This document shows positions 29,955-42,426 of a stretch of 64,000 bases of DNA, piece by piece. The DNA lies in assembly GCA_017463365.1 (NCBI GenBank), contig JAFTPH010000028.1:268-64267 (forward strand). The letters run 5' to 3'. Position 1 is the first letter of the stretch. Each line of letters starts with the position of its first letter. A program made the translations under genes and the position numbers. The notes beneath the pieces are model-generated. The model ran no database searches. It saw only the letters and a program-made list of their open reading frames with translations, and had not been told where the DNA came from. The stretch is from Bacilli bacterium (GTDB taxonomy: Bacteria > Bacillota_I > Bacilli_A > ML615J-28 > CAG-313).

Positions 29955-31943
<1,989 letters not shown>

Positions 31944-31947
31944 AAAG

Positions 31948-31973
31948 ATAGGAATGAGGTAACTCATTCCTAT
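31948..31973 (+). terminator. Hairpin after ligA (ataggaatgag/ctcattcctat), weak U-tract
   Basis: 11-bp perfect stem, 4-nt loop. Confidence 0.4.
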
Positions 31974-31997
31974 AATTATAAAGAGGTGTTTAAAAAT

Positions 31998-34073
31998 ATG
32001 AAAAAGAAGATAATATTGTTAATCATATTGTTATTAGGATTTTTTCTAACATCATGTATTGGTGGTAATAATAATCAAGAATATATTGAAAATCCTGATG
32101 GAACAATAACTTTACAAAATTTTCAAAATATTAAAGATAAAGAATTTATTGTTCCTGAAACTTACGATGGATTAACAGTTTCCGCTATAGGAGCTAGATG
32201 TTTTCAAAATAATATAAATATTGAATCAGTTGTTTTGCCAAATACTATTAAGTCAATAGGAGCAAATGCATTTAAAGGATGTTCATCTTTGAAAAATATA
32301 AATTTACCAGATGACTTAAAATCTATTGGGGTAAGCGCTTTTTCGGATACCGATTTAGAAAATGTTGTAATACCTAATGATACTGTATTTATTGGAATGG
32401 CAGCTTTCAATGGTTGTAAAAATTTAAAAGAACTAATTCTTCCAAGTAATGTTGAAATCGAAATTGAAGATTCAGCTTTTGGTAGTTGTACATCTCTTGA
32501 AAAAATCTTTATTCCAAAGAATATCATAAAAATGGGACAATGTATATTTACAAATTGCACAGTATTAAAAGAAGTTGAAATTGAAGATGGGTTAACAATG
32601 CTTGGTTATGGAATGTTTGAAAACTGTGTGGCGCTAGAATCTATATCACTACCTAATTCTGTAAAAACAGTTGAAGCAAATGTATTTGCTGGCTGTACAA
32701 ATCTTAAAAATGTAAAATTATCTCAAAATTTACAAAATATTAGCTATGGGATGTTTTCAAGATGTACAAGTTTGACAAATATCGACATTCCTAATAATGT
32801 TACTGTAATTGAAGACAATGCTTTTGCTAATTGCATAAATTTAACTGACATTACTATTTCAGATAGCGTTAATAAAATTGGAAGAGAAGTTTTTTATGGC
32901 TGTGAAAAACTTTTAAATATTAATATTGGTAAGGGTGTTAGAGAAATTGGTTTATATGCTTTTTATAATTGCCCATCGCTTAAGATGATAAATGTTAATG
33001 AACAAAATAGTATGTATAGTTCACATGAAGGGGTATTATTCAATAAATTACAAACAAATTTAATATTATTCCCTCAATCAAAAGAAGTGAATACTTACAT
33101 TGTTCCTTCAACTGTAATAGAAATTAGTAATCTGGCATTCTGCAAAAATAATAATTTAACAACTATTATTCTCGAAGATAATTTGTTAAAAATTGGTGCT
33201 GAAGCTTTTATGGAAGCAAAAATTGAATCAATAACTCTTCCTAAAACATTAGTAGATTTAGATTTTTCAGCATTTAATGGTTGTGAATTACTACGAGAGA
33301 TTAAGGTTGATGAGGGAAACAAAACATATCATTCTGTTAATGGTAATTTATATGCTTATGGCACAATATTAGTAAAATATGTATCTAAAAATGAAAAAGT
33401 TTATGAAGTTCCTGAAGGTATTACTCACATGTTATATTGGTATAATTCTGTGGGTGAATGTCCAGAATTGGAAACAGTGTATTTACCTGAAACAATAGAA
33501 GACGTTTCTTATAAATTATTTGAGGGTTGTACATCTTTAAAATATAATGAATACGAAGGTGGGTATTATTTAGGAAGTAAAAATAATCCATATTTAGCGT
33601 TAATGTATGTAGGTAACAATAATATTACTACTTTTAAGGTTCATGATAATACAAGAATAGTTTGTAAAGATGTTTTTAAAGATTGTATAAATCTAACAGA
33701 TGTAACATTGCCTAGTAATCTTAAATTTATTGGTGAAGGAGCCTTTGAAGGTTGTACCTCGCTTGTAAAAATTGATATACCTAATTCTGTTACATATATC
33801 TATGATTGGGCATTTAGAAATTGTACCTCACTTACTACTATAACATTTCCTGAAGGAATTAATGTGGTAGAAAGAGACGTTGTAGCTGGATGTACTTCAT
33901 TAAAAGAAATTAATTTGCCAAAATCAGTAGAATTTATTTTTGAATTTGCTTTTGGAGATTGCACATCACTCGAAAAAATTAATTACCATGGTTCAATAAA
34001 TAAATGGAATGAAGTACAAAAATTTAATGATTGGGACTATAATACTGGTAATTATGTAGTTATTTATAAATAG
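31998..34073 (+). CDS. BspA-type leucine-rich-repeat (LRR_5) surface lipoprotein
   Basis: lipobox LTSC; about 20 repeats of ..C.SL..I.IP.SV..IG..AF..C; ATG 31998 preferred over in-RBS GTG 31986. Confidence 0.7.
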   Translation: MKKKIILLIILLLGFFLTSCIGGNNNQEYIENPDGTITLQNFQNIKDKEFIVPETYDGLTVSAIGARCFQNNINIESVVLPNTIKSIGANAFKGCSSLKNINLPDDLKSIGVSAFSDTDLENVVIPNDTVFIGMAAFNGCKNLKELILPSNVEIEIEDSAFGSCTSLEKIFIPKNIIKMGQCIFTNCTVLKEVEIEDGLTMLGYGMFENCVALESISLPNSVKTVEANVFAGCTNLKNVKLSQNLQNISYGMFSRCTSLTNIDIPNNVTVIEDNAFANCINLTDITISDSVNKIGREVFYGCEKLLNINIGKGVREIGLYAFYNCPSLKMINVNEQNSMYSSHEGVLFNKLQTNLILFPQSKEVNTYIVPSTVIEISNLAFCKNNNLTTIILEDNLLKIGAEAFMEAKIESITLPKTLVDLDFSAFNGCELLREIKVDEGNKTYHSVNGNLYAYGTILVKYVSKNEKVYEVPEGITHMLYWYNSVGECPELETVYLPETIEDVSYKLFEGCTSLKYNEYEGGYYLGSKNNPYLALMYVGNNNITTFKVHDNTRIVCKDVFKDCINLTDVTLPSNLKFIGEGAFEGCTSLVKIDIPNSVTYIYDWAFRNCTSLTTITFPEGINVVERDVVAGCTSLKEINLPKSVEFIFEFAFGDCTSLEKINYHGSINKWNEVQKFNDWDYNTGNYVVIYK

Positions 34074-34086
34074 TCAAGGAGATTAT

Positions 34087-35022
34087 ATGTCAATCTTAAA
34101 AAATAGTTTAATAGGTTTTGTTATTGGCGATGCGATGGGAGTTCCAATTGAATTTGAAGAAAGAGAAACACTAAAATCATATCCACTAACCGAAATGGTT
34201 GGGTATGGAAGTTATGATGAACCAGCTGGTACTTGGAGTGATGATACCTCAATGACACTTGCAACCATTGATTCAATTATAGAGAAGAAAACCATTGATT
34301 ATTATGATATCGCAACAAAGTTTTGTGAATGGGTTAATAATGCTAAATATACAGCAACCAATCATATTTTTGATATTGGTATTACCACTAAATATGCATT
34401 GGTTAGATTTTTTGTTGATAAAATTGAACCAACAAAATGTGGTGGAGTACTAGACTCAGAAAATGGTAATGGTTCATTGATGAGAATAATGCCGATAGCG
34501 TTATATGCATACTATAATAAATTAGATGATAACCTAATTTTTGATATAGTAAAAAATACTTCATCAATAACTCATGCTAATGATCAAAGTATTTTAGGTT
34601 GCTATATATATGTAAAATATCTTTTAAAATTAATTGAAACAAACGATTTATTAATTAGTTATGAATATATAAAATCCCTTGATTATAATAAATATTTTAG
34701 CAATGAGATAATTAATTTATATCAAAGAATTTTAAAAAATGATATATATAAATATCCTCTTGAAGAAATAAAATCTAGTGGTTATATTATTCATACATTA
34801 GAAGCAGTGTTATGGGTAGTTTTAAATACAAAAAAATTTAAAGAGTCAATTGTTTCAGCAATTAATTTAGGAGAAGATACCGATACTGTAGGAGCAATTG
34901 TGGGATCAATTACAGGAATTAAATACGGATTTGACTCTATGCCTACGGAATGGATAAGTAAAATTCAAAATCTTAATTATATTTATTCTTTAATTGAGAA
35001 ATGGGATCAAATTTATAATTAA
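34087..35022 (+). CDS. ADP-ribosylglycohydrolase family protein (ARH/DraG-like)
   Basis: GFVIGDAMGVPIEFEE N-terminal metal-site motif and C-terminal GEDTDTVGAIVGSITG motif. Confidence 0.7.
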   Translation: MSILKNSLIGFVIGDAMGVPIEFEERETLKSYPLTEMVGYGSYDEPAGTWSDDTSMTLATIDSIIEKKTIDYYDIATKFCEWVNNAKYTATNHIFDIGITTKYALVRFFVDKIEPTKCGGVLDSENGNGSLMRIMPIALYAYYNKLDDNLIFDIVKNTSSITHANDQSILGCYIYVKYLLKLIETNDLLISYEYIKSLDYNKYFSNEIINLYQRILKNDIYKYPLEEIKSSGYIIHTLEAVLWVVLNTKKFKESIVSAINLGEDTDTVGAIVGSITGIKYGFDSMPTEWISKIQNLNYIYSLIEKWDQIYN

Positions 35023-35087
35023 AAAATTATTAAAGTTCTTGACTATAAACAAGGTTTATACTGTATAAACTTCTTGAGGTGATTAAA

Positions 35088-35852
35088 ATGAAAATCAAAG
35101 AAGTAGAAGAATTATTATCTATATCTCGTTCAAATATTCGTTTCTATGAAAAAGAAGGATTATTGAAGGTAGAAAGACAAAATAATAATTATCGTGAATA
35201 TAATGAAAAAGATATTGAAATGCTAAAAAAAATTCTAATCCTAAGAAAATTAGGATTTACAATAGAAGAAATAAAAGACTTACAAGAAGAAAAAAGTGAT
35301 TTTCATATAGTAACAAGGGCCAATGTTGAAAGACTAGAAAAACAAATTGAATGTTTAAAAGGGGCATTAGAAATAAATAAAAGTCTTTTAAAAAATAATA
35401 TTTCATACAAAGAAATAAACCAAGAAGAATTATGGGATGAAATAATAAAAGTTGAAAACAAAGGTCAAAAATTTGTTGATATATGTAAAGATTATCTTAA
35501 TTTCGAAAAAGAAATGTTTAGTAGCACTTTAAAATATTTTGGCTTTAATTTTAAAAAAATTAACAAAAAATATGGATTGATATTTGCTTTAATATTATTA
35601 TTTTCTTTTTTGACGATTAGAGGTATTGTACAAATGACTTTGTGGGATAAAACTTTTGTCGAAGGATTTGGCTCTCCATTATTAATCTTTATTATAGCCA
35701 GTATTATTGTAACTCCGATATTTTTAATTAATAAAAAACATCCTAAAGTAGCATCAATAATTTCTGGTTTACTATTAGTGTTAATAGTGTTATTTTTGGC
35801 TCTAATTGTGTTAACTCTATTAATTGGTTTATTCGCAACAATATTTAGCTAA
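35088..35852 (+). CDS. MerR-family transcriptional regulator with C-terminal transmembrane anchor
   Basis: MKIKEVEELLSISRSNIRFYEKEGLL HTH, coiled-coil linker, two hydrophobic helices at C-terminus; ATG 35088 (GAGGTG 6 nt upstream). Confidence 0.65.
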   Translation: MKIKEVEELLSISRSNIRFYEKEGLLKVERQNNNYREYNEKDIEMLKKILILRKLGFTIEEIKDLQEEKSDFHIVTRANVERLEKQIECLKGALEINKSLLKNNISYKEINQEELWDEIIKVENKGQKFVDICKDYLNFEKEMFSSTLKYFGFNFKKINKKYGLIFALILLFSFLTIRGIVQMTLWDKTFVEGFGSPLLIFIIASIIVTPIFLINKKHPKVASIISGLLLVLIVLFLALIVLTLLIGLFATIFS

Positions 35853-35886
35853 AAACTCTTCCCATTTGGGAAGAGTTTTTCTTTTG
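35852..35886. terminator. Bidirectional terminator (aaaactcttccc/gggaagagtttt)
   Basis: 12-bp perfect stem, 4-nt loop, flanked by A- and T-runs between convergent genes. Confidence 0.8.
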
Positions 35887-35951
35887 ATTAAAAATTTAAA
35901 AAAGATGATTGTTTATTATAGCATTTTTATTCTCCGTTTGATAGATAATTA

Positions 35952-37076
35952 TTATATATTTGTTTTTTCAACTAAGAATTTGATTACTTTTTCTTGAAGA
36001 ATTGTCATATGTTCTTCATCAGATAAGAAGTTAGCGCCGTTACATAAGAAAATTAAACCACCGTTTTTATTATACAACATAAAACTTCTTAGACCGTAAG
36101 CATTACCAAAATGACCATATAGAGGGTCTTTAGTAAATTCGTCCATAATAATCATTTGTAGACCCTTTTTATGATATGTTGGGTCAGTTGGATTACCACT
36201 CCACTGTACTTTTTCCATTTCTTGTACTGTTTCTTCATTTAAGATTCTAATGTTATTATATATACCTTTATTCATTAACATAATCATGATTTTAGCAAGG
36301 TTTTCAGCAGATATATATAATCCACCCGCAACACCTCTGAAGTTTTCTCCAAGTGGGTATTTTAGACATTGAACTTCTTTGAATAAATCATAGTTTCGAT
36401 ATAGTACAAATTTGTTGTTTTGATATTTATAGTGAGAAACTAAATTTTCTGGTTCAGCTAAATCTTCTAAACGGAAACCACTATAAATTCTAAGTGGGTG
36501 AAGAAGAACTTGTTTAATATATTCAGGGAAGTAAATACCAGTTATTTTTTCCACAATACAAGCAAGTAATCCACAACCAAAGTTTGAATAAATAAAGTTA
36601 GTACCTGGTTCATAATCACTATAGCCTGTATAATATCTTTTACTACCAGGTGTTAATAATTCTTTAGCTTCAATAAAATCGTCAGTACAGTTAGATCCAT
36701 CATATCCTTTCCAAATATCATCAACAAACTCACCATCATCGACAATACTTGATGTTTGCGTCATTAACATTCGAATAGTGATAGGAATATCTTTATATTT
36801 TGGGTTGCGTACATCAAATCCTAAATAAGTTTTGATATCTTCATCTAAGTCTACTAAACCTTGTTCGTAAAGTTTTAGTACACCAATTGCCACGATAACT
36901 TTGGAAATTGATGCGATACGATATATTGATTTGGTAGATGTTTCTTTATGTTCTTCTAAAGAACTAAATCCACTTGTAACATTTTCAATATTACCATCTT
37001 TATCCACAAAGATAACATTTGATCCAACCATTTCAAACTGTTTAATAAATTCATTATATTCATTTAAGTGTTTCAT
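35952..37076 (-). CDS. Serine hydrolase of the beta-lactamase/transpeptidase superfamily (class C beta-lactamase/esterase-like)
   Basis: S-x-x-K motif in IASISKVIVAIG; 374 aa. Confidence 0.65.
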   Translation of the reverse strand: MKHLNEYNEFIKQFEMVGSNVIFVDKDGNIENVTSGFSSLEEHKETSTKSIYRIASISKVIVAIGVLKLYEQGLVDLDEDIKTYLGFDVRNPKYKDIPITIRMLMTQTSSIVDDGEFVDDIWKGYDGSNCTDDFIEAKELLTPGSKRYYTGYSDYEPGTNFIYSNFGCGLLACIVEKITGIYFPEYIKQVLLHPLRIYSGFRLEDLAEPENLVSHYKYQNNKFVLYRNYDLFKEVQCLKYPLGENFRGVAGGLYISAENLAKIMIMLMNKGIYNNIRILNEETVQEMEKVQWSGNPTDPTYHKKGLQMIIMDEFTKDPLYGHFGNAYGLRSFMLYNKNGGLIFLCNGANFLSDEEHMTILQEKVIKFLVEKTNI

Positions 37077-37284
37077 ATTTTTACCTTCTTTTGGTAGTAA
37101 TTATATCACATATTTAACTATAATCACATTTTTTTGATTATTTTTAAAATAAAAATTATATTTTTCTAAGTTATTAAAAAAAAATTAATGATATAAAAAA
37201 TAGGTAAATATTATAAAAGATAAAACGTTTGCATTTTAATGTAAAAAATGGTAAAATGATATATGTAAAGAAAGGTGTGAAATT

Positions 37285-38406
37285 ATGGCTTATATTAATT
37301 ATTCTCGTGAATTATTAGACAAATTTTGTATGGAAGCATTCCAAAAATTTGGATTTACAAAAGATGAAAGTAGAATTATATCTGACGTATTATTAATGTC
37401 AGATGACTTTGGAATTGAATCACATGGTATGCAACGTTTAGTTAGATATCATAAAGGTATTGAAAGTGGTTTAATTAAAGTAGACGCAAAACCTGAAGTA
37501 GTATTTGATACTCCAATCAGTGCAGTTATTGATGGACATTCTGGAATGGGTCAATTAATTGGACAATATGCGATGGAACTTGCTATTGAAAAAGCAAAGA
37601 AAACTGGTGTTGGTATTGTTTCAGTTCGTAACTCTAACCACTATGGTATTGCTGGTTACTATGCAAGAATGGCAATGGATCAAGGTTTAATTGGTTTCTC
37701 TTGTACTAACTCAGAAGCAATCATGGTTCCAACATTTGGTAAAAAAGCAATGTTAGGATCTAACCCTATTGCTGTATCAGCTCCTGCTGATCCTTATCCA
37801 TTCTTCTTTGATGCATCAACTACAGTTGTAACTCGTGGTAAGTTAGAAATGTATAATAAAATGGACAAGCCTACTCCAACTGGTTGGGCAGTTAACAAAG
37901 AAGGTTTATCATCAAATAGTGCAGCTGAAGTATTAGGAAATATTAAAGCTCATGAAGGTGGAGGTATCGTTCCTCTTGGTGGAGATACTGAACAACTTGG
38001 TGGACATAAAGGATATGGTTATGGTATGCTTTGTGAATTATTCGCTTCAATCTTATCTCAAGGTTATACATCAGCTCATACAATGCAAAATGGATTCAGT
38101 GGAATTTGTCATGGATTTATGGCAATCAATCCTGCATACTTTGGTGATGCTGAAGCAATTAAAAATCATTTCAGTACATATTTAACTGAATTACGTGAAA
38201 GTCCAAAAGCTAATGGTGCAGAACGTATCTACACTCATGGTGAAAAAGAAATGGAAGCTATTAAGAAAGTTCAAAAAGAAGGTGTTCCAGTAAATGTTAA
38301 CACTGTTAAAGAAATGATCGATATGGCTGAATACTTAGGTATGGATGTTAAAGAATACTTTGGAGATTTCAAAGTAGAAAATACTAATTTCAAGAGTAGT
38401 TATTAA
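37285..38406 (+). CDS. Ldh_2-family malate/L-lactate/(sulfo)lactate dehydrogenase
   Basis: 373 aa; Ldh_2-type composition with HGMQRL and GHKGYGYGM blocks. Confidence 0.65.
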   Translation: MAYINYSRELLDKFCMEAFQKFGFTKDESRIISDVLLMSDDFGIESHGMQRLVRYHKGIESGLIKVDAKPEVVFDTPISAVIDGHSGMGQLIGQYAMELAIEKAKKTGVGIVSVRNSNHYGIAGYYARMAMDQGLIGFSCTNSEAIMVPTFGKKAMLGSNPIAVSAPADPYPFFFDASTTVVTRGKLEMYNKMDKPTPTGWAVNKEGLSSNSAAEVLGNIKAHEGGGIVPLGGDTEQLGGHKGYGYGMLCELFASILSQGYTSAHTMQNGFSGICHGFMAINPAYFGDAEAIKNHFSTYLTELRESPKANGAERIYTHGEKEMEAIKKVQKEGVPVNVNTVKEMIDMAEYLGMDVKEYFGDFKVENTNFKSSY

Positions 38407-38426
38407 TAAGTAGAGGTATATATATT

Positions 38427-39608
38427 ATGGCAGAAAAAACTGTTTATGAAAAAAGCTTAGAACTTCATGAAAAAGGTCCTGGTAAAATTGAAGTTTTATC
38501 AAAAGTAGTTGTTGAAAATAAAGATCAATTAGCACAAGCATATTCTCCAGGGGTTGCTGAACCTTGTCGTAAAATTGCTGCTAATCCTGCTGATGTTTAT
38601 AAATATACATCTAAAGGGAATTTAGTTGCGGTAGTATCAGATGGTACTGCAGTATTAGGACTTGGAGATATCGGACCACTTGGTGCGATGCCAGTTATGG
38701 AAGGTAAAGCAATTTTATTCAAGAATTTCGCAAACGTTGATGCTTTCCCTATTTGCTTAGATACTAAAGATACAGAAGAAATCATTGAAACAGTTAAGAG
38801 AATTGCTCCATGTTTTGGTGGTATCAACTTAGAAGATATTTCAGCTCCAAGATGTTTTGAAATTGAAGCTCGTTTAAAGAAAGAATTAGATATTCCAGTA
38901 TTCCATGATGACCAACATGGTACAGCTATCGTTGTATGTGCAGGTTTAATCAATGCATTAAAACTTGTTGGTAAGAAAATGGAAGATATTCATGTTGTTA
39001 TTAATGGTGCAGGTTCTGCAGGTATTTCAATTTGTAAATTAATTTTACAATTTGGAGTAAAAGATGTTGTATTAGTTGACCGTCAAGGTGCTTTATGCCC
39101 AGGTGAAGAATGGATGAATCCAGCTCAAGCAGCTATGGCTGAAATCACTAACCCTAATAAACAAAGAGGACCATTAACTGAAATTATTAAAGATAAAGAT
39201 GTATTCATCGGTGTTTCTGCACCTAACATCGTTACTGCTGAAATGGTTTCAACAATGGCAGATGACGCTATCGTATTTGCAATGGCTAACCCTACTCCAG
39301 AAATTATGCCTGATCTTGCAAAACAAGGTGGAGCAAGAATCGTTGCTACTGGAAGAAGTGACTTCCCTAACCAAATCAATAACGTTTTAGTATTCCCTGG
39401 TATTTTCCGTGGAGCATTAGATGCTAAAGCAACAGACATTACTGAAGAAATGAAACTTGCTGCATCAAGAGCAATCGCTTCTTTAGTTACTGATGAAGAA
39501 TTAAATGAAGAATACATTATTCCTTCTCCATTCGACAAACGTGTAGCTCCAGTTGTTGCAGCAGAAGTTGCAAGAGTTGCTAAAGAACAAGGAATTACAA
39601 AAGAGTAA
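38427..39608 (+). CDS. NAD(P)-dependent malic enzyme (oxaloacetate-decarboxylating malate dehydrogenase), short bacterial form
   Basis: LAQAYSPGVAEPC, NGAGSAGISI Rossmann, FAMANPTPE blocks. Confidence 0.8.
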   Translation: MAEKTVYEKSLELHEKGPGKIEVLSKVVVENKDQLAQAYSPGVAEPCRKIAANPADVYKYTSKGNLVAVVSDGTAVLGLGDIGPLGAMPVMEGKAILFKNFANVDAFPICLDTKDTEEIIETVKRIAPCFGGINLEDISAPRCFEIEARLKKELDIPVFHDDQHGTAIVVCAGLINALKLVGKKMEDIHVVINGAGSAGISICKLILQFGVKDVVLVDRQGALCPGEEWMNPAQAAMAEITNPNKQRGPLTEIIKDKDVFIGVSAPNIVTAEMVSTMADDAIVFAMANPTPEIMPDLAKQGGARIVATGRSDFPNQINNVLVFPGIFRGALDAKATDITEEMKLAASRAIASLVTDEELNEEYIIPSPFDKRVAPVVAAEVARVAKEQGITKE

Positions 39609-39666
39609 TAGAAATAATGTGCAATGAATAATTGCACATTTTCTTAAAAAAGAAAGAGGATAAATT

Positions 39667-40938
39667 ATGGCTAATTTAAAATTACCTTATTATAAAGGAC
39701 ATATTGATTGTAATATACCTGATGATTTAGTAGCAGCTGTTCTAACATCAAAAACTGAACACTATGTTCCAGAAAAGAGTGAATCAGATTTAGTTAGAGA
39801 TGCATTAGTTAATCCAATCGCATCTTTACCACTTTCTGAACTTGCGAAAGACAAAAAACATGTTGTGGTTATCTCTAGTGACCATACACGTCCTGTACCA
39901 AGTCATATTACAATGCCAATTATTTTAGAAGAAATTAGAAAATATAATAAAGATGTTAAAATCTCTATTCTAATTGCTACAGGAATGCACCGTGCTTCAA
40001 CTCATGAAGAATTAGTTAACAAATACGGAGAAAAGATTGTTAAAGAAGAAACAATTGTTATGCATGATGCGTATGTTGATGAAGATATGACTTTTAAAGG
40101 AATCTTACCATCTGGTGGAGAACTTTGGGTTAATAAACTTATTGACAGTGCGGATTTATTAATTTCTGAAGGATTTATTGAACCACATTTCTTTGCGGGA
40201 TTCAGTGGTGGAAGAAAATCGGTTTTACCTGGTATTGCATCTAAAAAGACAGTTTTATGGAATCATAATGCGAAATTTATTGCGAATAAAAATGCAAGAG
40301 CTGGTAACTTACAAGATAATCCAATTCACCAAGATATGCTTTTTGCAGCAAAAGCTGCTAACTTACAGTTCATTTTAAATGTTGTTATTAATGGTGAAAA
40401 GAAAGTAATTAAGGCTTTCGCAGGAGACTTAGAAGAAGCACATGCTCATGGATGTAAACTTGTTAAAGAAATTGCGCATGTTGATCCAGTTTATTCAGAT
40501 ATTGTTATTACAACTAATGGAGGATATCCGCTAGATCAAAATATCTATCAAACAGTTAAAGGGATGACAGCAGGAGAAGCGTGTGTAAATCCTGGAGGAG
40601 TAATCATTATTTGTTCATCATGTGCTGATGGAACAGGTGGAGAATTCTTCTATAAATTACTTGCTGATAACCCTTCTGCTGAAGTGGCTTATCAAAAACT
40701 AAATGATGTAGAACCAAGTGATACAGAGTTTGACCAATGGGAAGCACAAATTTTAGCTCGAATCTTATGTAAAGCTCATGTAATCATTGTATCTGAACAT
40801 TGTGACCCAGCAATCATTAAAGGTATGCATATTGATCATGCTTATACATTAGATGAAGCCCTTAATAAAGCAAGAGAATTAAAAGGTGCTGATAAAAAAA
40901 TTACTATTATTCCTGATGGAATTAGTGTAATATTCTAA
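39667..40938 (+). CDS. LarA-family (lactate racemase-like, DUF2088) protein
   Basis: 423 aa; FAGFSGGRKSVLPG lysine motif and overall LarA N/C-domain pattern; no larB/C/E nearby. Confidence 0.6.
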   Translation: MANLKLPYYKGHIDCNIPDDLVAAVLTSKTEHYVPEKSESDLVRDALVNPIASLPLSELAKDKKHVVVISSDHTRPVPSHITMPIILEEIRKYNKDVKISILIATGMHRASTHEELVNKYGEKIVKEETIVMHDAYVDEDMTFKGILPSGGELWVNKLIDSADLLISEGFIEPHFFAGFSGGRKSVLPGIASKKTVLWNHNAKFIANKNARAGNLQDNPIHQDMLFAAKAANLQFILNVVINGEKKVIKAFAGDLEEAHAHGCKLVKEIAHVDPVYSDIVITTNGGYPLDQNIYQTVKGMTAGEACVNPGGVIIICSSCADGTGGEFFYKLLADNPSAEVAYQKLNDVEPSDTEFDQWEAQILARILCKAHVIIVSEHCDPAIIKGMHIDHAYTLDEALNKARELKGADKKITIIPDGISVIF

Positions 40939-40967
40939 TTAATAATTTAAAATATTATAAAATAAAT

Positions 40968-41005
40968 GATGAAGTTTAAATTTATAGTTAAACTTCATCT
41001 TTTTA
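40968..41005 (+). terminator. Rho-independent terminator (gatgaagtttaa/ttaaacttcatc + T5)
   Basis: 12-bp perfect stem. Confidence 0.7.
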
Positions 41006-41159
41006 TATATAGATAAGATTTATAAAAAGCTTGCATAATGTATAACAAATGTGATACATTTGAAAAATAACGCTCTTATTTTAAAAATTAATTAAAGTGC
41101 AAAAATTGCACTTTAACAAAAATTATGTTATAATATATAATTATTAAGGAGCCTATAGT

Positions 41160-41576
41160 ATGATTAAAGAAAAAAGCTGTGGAGCAGTCGTATATAAAAA
41201 AGAAAATGGACAAATATATATTTTAATTGAAAAGATGAAAAAAGGACACTATTCAATCCCTAAAGGTCATGTTGAAAATAATGAAACAGAAATTGAAACA
41301 GCTACAAGAGAAATAAAAGAAGAAACTAATTTAGAAGTAGAAATTGATACTAACTTTAAAGAAGTGGTAAGTTATTCACCATATGAAGGATGTATCAAAG
41401 ACGTAGTCTTTTTTGTGGCAGAAGCCAAAACTTTTGATTTAATTAATCAAGAAGTAGAAGTTAGTAACTTACTATGGTTAAAACCGGTAGAGGCCATAGA
41501 AATTCTTACTTTTGGTAGTGATAAAGAAGTAGTGAAAAAAGCTTTAAAATATTTAGGAGATGGTATTAATGAATAA
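41160..41576 (+). CDS. NUDIX hydrolase (Ap4A-hydrolase-like)
   Basis: Nudix box GHVENNETEIETATREIKEETNL. Confidence 0.75.
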   Translation: MIKEKSCGAVVYKKENGQIYILIEKMKKGHYSIPKGHVENNETEIETATREIKEETNLEVEIDTNFKEVVSYSPYEGCIKDVVFFVAEAKTFDLINQEVEVSNLLWLKPVEAIEILTFGSDKEVVKKALKYLGDGINE

Positions 41577-42414
41577 AAAGATTTTAACAATTCAAGATAT
41601 TTCATGTTTTGGACAATGTTCTTTAACTGTTGCTTTACCAATCATTTCAGCAATGGGAATAGAAGCATGTATTTTACCTTCAGCAATTCTTTCAACGCAT
41701 ACTTACCAATTTAAAGGTTATACATTTAGAGATTTAACCGAAGATTTACCATTAATCAGCAAACATTGGAAACAAGAAAAATTAACTTTTGATGGAATCT
41801 ATACTGGTTATATTGGTTCTACGAAACAAATTGGATATATTAAACAAATTATCAAAGATTTTAAAAAGAATGGTGATATTGTTTGTGTTGATCCAGCCAT
41901 GGCTGATCATGGTAAATTATATCCGGGATTTGATAACGAATTTGTAAAAGAAATGAAAACTCTTTGTGCGATGGCCGACTATATTGTACCTAATATTACG
42001 GAAGCTTGTTATTTACTTGAAAAACCATATATGGCTGAATATACTAAGGAAGATATTGAGGCTTTATTAAAAGAGCTTGCTAGTATTGGTTGTCCAAATG
42101 TATTATTAACAGGGGTTAGTTTTAAAAAAGGTGAATTAGGAGTTGCTTCATATAATAAGGAAAAAGATGAAATAAATTATTATTTTAGAGATCAAGTACC
42201 TTATTTCTTCCATGGAACAGGGGATGTTTACGCTAGTTGTTTCTTTGGAGCTTTAATAAAAGGTTTTAATTTACAAAAAGCAATGAAGATTGCGACTGAC
42301 TTTACAGTTGATTCAATTTTAGAAACAGTAGAAGATCGTGATGAACATTGGTATGGTGTTCATTTCGAATCAGCATTACCAAAATTAATTACATCATTAA
42401 AAGGTAATGAATAA
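41569..42414 (+). CDS. pdxK: Pyridoxal/pyridoxamine kinase (PdxK/PdxY, ribokinase superfamily)
   Basis: ISCFGQCSLTVALPIISAMG N-terminus, GTGD anion hole (HGTGDVYASCF); ATG 41569 preferred (AGGAGA 8 nt upstream). Confidence 0.7.
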   Translation: MNKKILTIQDISCFGQCSLTVALPIISAMGIEACILPSAILSTHTYQFKGYTFRDLTEDLPLISKHWKQEKLTFDGIYTGYIGSTKQIGYIKQIIKDFKKNGDIVCVDPAMADHGKLYPGFDNEFVKEMKTLCAMADYIVPNITEACYLLEKPYMAEYTKEDIEALLKELASIGCPNVLLTGVSFKKGELGVASYNKEKDEINYYFRDQVPYFFHGTGDVYASCFFGALIKGFNLQKAMKIATDFTVDSILETVEDRDEHWYGVHFESALPKLITSLKGNE

Positions 42415-42426
42415 AAGGGAATATAA

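Noticed and set aside
39667-40938. Calling the LarA homologue a lactate racemase outright
   Set aside because: Accessory larB/C/E genes are absent from the window and LarA homologues have diverse substrates. I kept it at family level.
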